Virus record (IMG/VR): IMGVR_UViG_3300015263_001049
Direction: 5' to 3' (one strand)
From: an uncultured virus (IMG/VR IMGVR_UViG_3300015263_001049)
Taxonomy: Duplodnaviria > Heunggongvirae > Uroviricota > Caudoviricetes
Length of the DNA: 20,000 bases
Positions 16,412 through 20,000 of the stretch are shown here, piece by piece. Made by a program: the position numbers and the translations under genes. How positions within the stretch are numbered: position 1 is the first letter of the stretch; each line of letters starts with the position of its first letter. A model generated the notes under the pieces. The model made no database searches. It was not told the origin of the DNA and saw only the letters and a program-made list of their open reading frames with translations.

Positions 16412-16698
16412 GAACGCCTCGTAGCCCTCCGGGCCTTCTTAGTTCGCTTCGGCTTCTCTTTGAGGACCGTCTCGATGCGAGCGGCGGCGACCTGGCGGGC
16501 GTTCTCCCAGCCTTCGGCGTAGAGAAAGTGTTGAGTACCAGTGGCTTGGTCCCAGAGGGTCCACATGGTCGGGATCATCCCGGCAGCGTTCTGGTAGAGC
16601 ACGAACCGCTCCGGGTGGGCGTCCAAGAGAGCCACCTCTACGGTGACCTTCTTGCGGGTGCCTTGCTGGGGGACTTGCTGGGGTTCGCTCCAGTCCAT
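16408..16698 (-). CDS. hypothetical protein with a basic tail (MDWSEPQQ...)
   Basis: ATG 16698 with GGTGTA 10 nt upstream. Confidence 0.75.
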   Translation of the reverse strand: MDWSEPQQVPQQGTRKKVTVEVALLDAHPERFVLYQNAAGMIPTMWTLWDQATGTQHFLYAEGWENARQVAAARIETVLKEKPKRTKKARRATRRS

Positions 16699-16708
16699 CC
16701 CCTTGGGA

Positions 16709-16714
16709 TACACC
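16709..16714 (-). promoter_or_regulatory. GGTGTA element, 10 nt before ATG 16698
   Basis: GGTGTATCCCAAGGGGATG. Confidence 0.7.
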
Positions 16715-16715
16715 T

Positions 16716-17012
16716 CTAATTGAGCGGCTCCCCTTCGTAAGCCTCGTCACAAGTGTCGCATTCGTAGATTTGGACCGTGCGGCCGGGGATGTCGAGCACG
16801 GGGCCAAGCTCGAAGGGGCCGTTGCACTTGGGACACGTCTTCGCCCCCTTCGGAAGCTCAAGTACGGGCTTGCCAGGAAGCTCGTCGGCGTTCTCGAACA
16901 TCTCCCGGATGTCGTTGGCGAGGGCTTCACGCTCCTCCTCCGGGACGTGCTTGAGGGCCTTGTCCGTGATGACGATCTTCTGCTTCTGTTGCTTCTTCTT
17001 TACGGCACCCAA
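16716..17012 (-). CDS. protein with a C-terminal Zn ribbon (CPKC...CDTC)
   Basis: Probable TTG start at 17012 after GGGAGG; start uncertain. Confidence 0.65.
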   Translation of the reverse strand: MGAVKKKQQKQKIVITDKALKHVPEEEREALANDIREMFENADELPGKPVLELPKGAKTCPKCNGPFELGPVLDIPGRTVQIYECDTCDEAYEGEPLN

Positions 17013-17272
17013 GGTACCTCCCGCATAGCACTCGTGACACAAGCAAAAAGGCCACGGGCGTCCTTGCGGGCAAGGCCGAGGGTCTTGTGGCTGCGGGGGC
17101 CGGCAGCGGGCACCACGGCCCCCGTGTGCTTCTCGCTCGCCTGGACAGCGAAGTCGTTCCATTCCTTCCGAGGCCAGATGCGGACAGTCCACACGGCCGG
17201 GAACGGCACTTGGCCGTCTCGGTAGACGAGGTCGTGTGGGTTCTCCGCCGTCATTTCCTCGGGCGCTTTCAC
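17000..17272 (-). CDS. hypothetical protein
   Basis: GTGA coupling at 17269-17272. Confidence 0.65.
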   Translation of the reverse strand: MKAPEEMTAENPHDLVYRDGQVPFPAVWTVRIWPRKEWNDFAVQASEKHTGAVVPAAGPRSHKTLGLARKDARGLFACVTSAMREVPWVP

Positions 17273-17439
17273 TTGGCGTCGAGCCTCTCTTGTTGGCAGA
17301 CGACGCAGTTACCCCCGATGGCGCCCAGGTGTTGGGTCAGGCCATGCTTCGGGCAGACAGCCATCCACCATGCGTTCTTGGCGACGTTGGCCTCCATGCG
17401 AAGGCAGTGTTCTCGGCGTGCTCGGGTTTCAGCGTTCAT
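17269..17439 (-). CDS. 56-aa Zn-finger-like protein (MNAETRARREHCLRMEA...CPKHG...CVVC)
   Basis: Manually translated. Strong AAAGGAGA SD, stop overlaps the next start. Confidence 0.75.
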   Translation of the reverse strand: MNAETRARREHCLRMEANVAKNAWWMAVCPKHGLTQHLGAIGGNCVVCQQERLDAK

Positions 17440-17454
17440 GGGGGTTCTCCTTTG

Positions 17455-17661
17455 TCAAAACGGAGGTTCATCATCGTCGTCCGGGGGGACGAAAGGTTCG
17501 GCCTTCTTCCGTTGCCTCCGCTTCTTCGGTTCAACAATAGGGAGGGGTTCAGGCGGAGGAAGGCAACCGTAGCACGTGGGAATCGCGTAACAGCGCCGAG
17601 CCTCTTCAACGAGCTTCCCGCATGTGCGGCAGCGGATGGGGAACAGCAGGATATCAGCCAT
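17455..17661 (-). CDS. small Zn-finger protein with an acidic DDDDEPPF C-terminus
   Basis: CRTC...CYGC. ATG 17661 overlaps the end of the upstream gene. Confidence 0.7.
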   Translation of the reverse strand: MADILLFPIRCRTCGKLVEEARRCYAIPTCYGCLPPPEPLPIVEPKKRRQRKKAEPFVPPDDDDEPPF

Positions 17662-18013
17662 TGATCTTCCCCAACAGCTCGTCCAGCAGACTCGCCTCAA
17701 GCTCCTCAAAAGTAGGCTCTTTGGTGACCTCAGCGAGAACTTGATCCACGGTCACGTCCGGGGCCTTGGTCGCGGGTGTGATACCTTGCTCCAACAGCCG
17801 GTCTTCTTGAAGGGCTTGTTCGGCGATTTCCAGCTCCAGGGCGGCGAAGTTGCGGATGTCTCGCCTTTGGCGCTCCGCTTGGTCTCGGATGTAGCTCCCC
17901 AAGTCTCGGTACAATTCGGTGACCCAAGCCCGGTTCACTTGGTGCCCGGCCATGACCATACGTTCGTGCAGCTTGGAAATTTGAAGGTGGGGGTTGTATC
18001 GAACCCTAACCAT
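17654..18013 (-). CDS. hypothetical helical protein
   Basis: 8-nt overlaps with both neighbours. Confidence 0.7.
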   Translation of the reverse strand: MVRVRYNPHLQISKLHERMVMAGHQVNRAWVTELYRDLGSYIRDQAERQRRDIRNFAALELEIAEQALQEDRLLEQGITPATKAPDVTVDQVLAEVTKEPTFEELEASLLDELLGKING

Positions 18014-18836
18014 GGCCCTTGTTATAGCCTTCCTCGAAGGCTATGTCGGCCATTTTGCAGACGAGCCCGATTACAATACCCTCTTGTTCGGGCGTCAAGC
18101 CTAGCTCTCGCAGCTTGCGGGCGGAGCCAGAGAGGGTTGTCGTCACACGAACGCTGGACTCCGCCTTCGGGGGCTCCGAAGGGGTCTCTTTCCTCGGCGG
18201 GTGACACGGGCACTCGCATCGCACGCCGTCACAACGGCCAGCGATGCAACACTCTCCGAGCGGGTAGCCTTTCCAGGCTTCGCGGGGGATCTGGGGCGCG
18301 ACTCCGGTACCTTTGCAGTTGTGGCAAGGGTTCTCGAAGGCTCCCTGGACGACCCCACGGCCACGGCAGATGGGACAGGGCGGGCCTTGTGGCGGGCCGT
18401 CCAAGGCTTCCAACATCTCCCTCCGTTCGTGACCAGGGGCCGAACAAGAGGCGATCAACGTACGTAGCGTTGAGAGGTCGGGAGACTCCTCAAACGCTTC
18501 CAGGGCTTTGAGGAGCTTCGGGATTGCCTCTTCTAGCCGGGTCACAAGGCCGTCGATGGGCATTGTGGGCGCCGGGCCGAGGAGCCAGTCGGTCAGCTCC
18601 GTGAGCCGCTGGTGCAGGTCTTTCTTGCCAGGGGCGTTGCCCATCTCCTCGCGAACCTTTTGGATCAGGTCCACGATCGGCTTCGGGCTCAGGGTGGTTC
18701 CGGTCGGGACTTGGATGCACTTGCGGAGAGTCTGCTCCGCTTGCTCCTCGTCGTAGGTTTCAGGCTTCGGGCGGGGCTCATCCGTGGCGCTCGGGGTTGA
18801 GGACACTTCCACCTTCTTCGGTCGGAGGAGGTTCAT
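18006..18836 (-). CDS. hypothetical protein with DnaJ-type Zn-finger repeats
   Basis: CPICRGRG...CHNCKGTG plus a CC..RC...CECPCH cluster. ATGA coupling. Confidence 0.75.
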   Translation of the reverse strand: MNLLRPKKVEVSSTPSATDEPRPKPETYDEEQAEQTLRKCIQVPTGTTLSPKPIVDLIQKVREEMGNAPGKKDLHQRLTELTDWLLGPAPTMPIDGLVTRLEEAIPKLLKALEAFEESPDLSTLRTLIASCSAPGHERREMLEALDGPPQGPPCPICRGRGVVQGAFENPCHNCKGTGVAPQIPREAWKGYPLGECCIAGRCDGVRCECPCHPPRKETPSEPPKAESSVRVTTTLSGSARKLRELGLTPEQEGIVIGLVCKMADIAFEEGYNKGHG

Positions 18837-19063
18837 GTACCTTTCTTCCTCGGGAGCACGTAGGAGCCTCCCGTGACTTCTACGGCGTCCCTCGGGGCCT
18901 TGGCGTACTCGCCCTTGTAGACGCGGACGTTGTACCCGAGGTTTCGAGCCTTCCGGGTAGCCCGGCGAAAGCTCTTGCTGTAGCAGATGCGCTCTTGGCC
19001 GGGGTATGTAGCAACGTAGAAGATCCCCGACCAGAAGCGGCAGTAAGCCATCTTCGCTCGCAT
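18833..19063 (-). CDS. small basic hypothetical protein (MRAKMAYCRFW...)
   Basis: ATG 19063 with GGTGTA 9 nt upstream. Confidence 0.7.
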   Translation of the reverse strand: MRAKMAYCRFWSGIFYVATYPGQERICYSKSFRRATRKARNLGYNVRVYKGEYAKAPRDAVEVTGGSYVLPRKKGT

Positions 19064-19072
19064 TCCCTGTAA

Positions 19073-19078
19073 TACACC
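19073..19078 (-). promoter_or_regulatory. GGTGTA element, 9 nt before ATG 19063
   Basis: GGTGTATTACAGGGAATG, similar to GGTGTAGAGACAGGGATG at 1695. Confidence 0.7.
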
Positions 19079-19091
19079 GAAGGATCCGCCA

Positions 19092-19586
19092 ATGTGGCTC
19101 GAAATCGTCGCCCGCCGAAATCTCGGGACCAACGCAAAACCCATCATGGGCGTGAAACTTGCGTTGGGTGGTAAGCCGTACGACGTGTCCGATGGTACCT
19201 GGCTAGAGTCACCGATGGGCCGGTGGAAGGCCCGGCGCCGACCAGAACATGGGGATTGGGTGGAGCTTCGAGGGAAGGGGTCTCCGATGAGCGACATGAT
19301 CGAGGTCGCCAAGGACCAGAAGGCGGTCGAGGAGGACGCCAACTGGCTCGAAACCGAGCTACAGAAGCTCGATCTCGACGGTCGGGACGACTTCTACACG
19401 CACTTGATCACGCAGGAGATCCCCATGTGGCTCTCCAAGATCCGAGCCGGGGGATCGGTCGAGGACAAGGAGGTCTACTGGCTCATCAAGCGGCGGGGCT
19501 TCAACGAGCAGGAGGCCGAGAAGTTCAAGCACCTCGCCAAGTGGCTCAATGCTCGGGCGAAGGAGATCAGGCGCCGGGGAGCTTAG
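19092..19586 (+). CDS. hypothetical protein, opposite strand to its neighbours
   Basis: 164-aa ORF with GC3-rich codons, filling the gap between minus-strand operons. Confidence 0.75.
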   Translation: MWLEIVARRNLGTNAKPIMGVKLALGGKPYDVSDGTWLESPMGRWKARRRPEHGDWVELRGKGSPMSDMIEVAKDQKAVEEDANWLETELQKLDLDGRDDFYTHLITQEIPMWLSKIRAGGSVEDKEVYWLIKRRGFNEQEAEKFKHLAKWLNARAKEIRRRGA

Positions 19587-19854
19587 GCCCACTCTTCCGT
19601 GGGTACTTGGCCTCGATGATAGCTAGACGGGGCTTCGTCCAGAGGGCGAACAGGAGGTAGTTGGCGCCCCAACGGGCGCCGGTTAGGGTCGTTGCGATGA
19701 CGACCAGGGTGCGAGCGTCAAGGGAGCCCCACGTAGCGGCGAGTGCCCCCGTAGCCAGAAAGAACGTCGTGATCGTGAATCCAGTCTTGAATTTCCGCTC
19801 TTTTCGGATGGCTTCCAAGAGGGCTTTTGTTCGCTGACGGGAAGTCTCTTCCAT
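19567..19854 (-). CDS. membrane protein (MEETSRQ...)
   Basis: Hydrophobic segments, AAGGGGG upstream of ATG 19854. Confidence 0.65.
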   Translation of the reverse strand: MEETSRQRTKALLEAIRKERKFKTGFTITTFFLATGALAATWGSLDARTLVVIATTLTGARWGANYLLFALWTKPRLAIIEAKYPRKSGPKLPGA

Positions 19855-19891
19855 CGAAGGCCCCCTTTCAATCCATGTAGTCCTCGCTTGG

Positions 19892-20000
19892 TTAGAGGGT
19901 CTTATGAGTGAATCCGGCACCGTAGGGAGGCCGGGTGGCATGACACTCAACCTCATCCGGATCCCCCTCGTGGAAGCATCCACAATGGGTCACGGTCAGG
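19892..20000 (-). CDS. probable 3' end of a gene entering from the right (...HCGCFHEGDPDEVECH...KTL)
   Basis: Open frame to TAA at 19892; partial. Confidence 0.35.
   Translation of the reverse strand, partial: LTVTHCGCFHEGDPDEVECHATRPPYGAGFTHKTL

Noticed and set aside
17624..18511. Long antisense ORFs such as 17624..18511, 9697..10299 and 15140..15667
   Set aside because: They shadow well-supported, coupled minus-strand genes.

Overview
GC-rich window that looks like part of a large phage or phage-plasmid genome. It holds about 45 mostly small, tightly coupled minus-strand ORFs (many ATGA/GTGA stop-start overlaps), many of them Zn-finger or hypothetical proteins, and no housekeeping genes. 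Recognisable products: a Xer/Cre-type tyrosine recombinase, an HNH endonuclease, a solitary Eco29kI-family GIY-YIG nuclease, a DNA-methyltransferase homologue lacking its catalytic motifs, a cupin-like protein, an ADP-ribosyltransferase-like protein, an orphan receiver domain and a sigma70-family factor with a long C-terminal extension. Three signals are not explained by the genes. (1) A GGTGTA-N9/10-ATG motif precedes the first gene of five operons and suggests a phage-specific leaderless promoter. (2) A non-coding-rich island (about 1681-4620) around the recombinase and HNH genes coincides with a GC-skew flip although gene orientation does not change. It contains A-tracts, direct and tandem repeats and a 13-6-13 palindrome. 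(3) A ~230-nt rod-like imperfect hairpin lies directly downstream of the recombinase, inside a candidate ~400-nt structured RNA. All calls come from manual reading; no searches were run.
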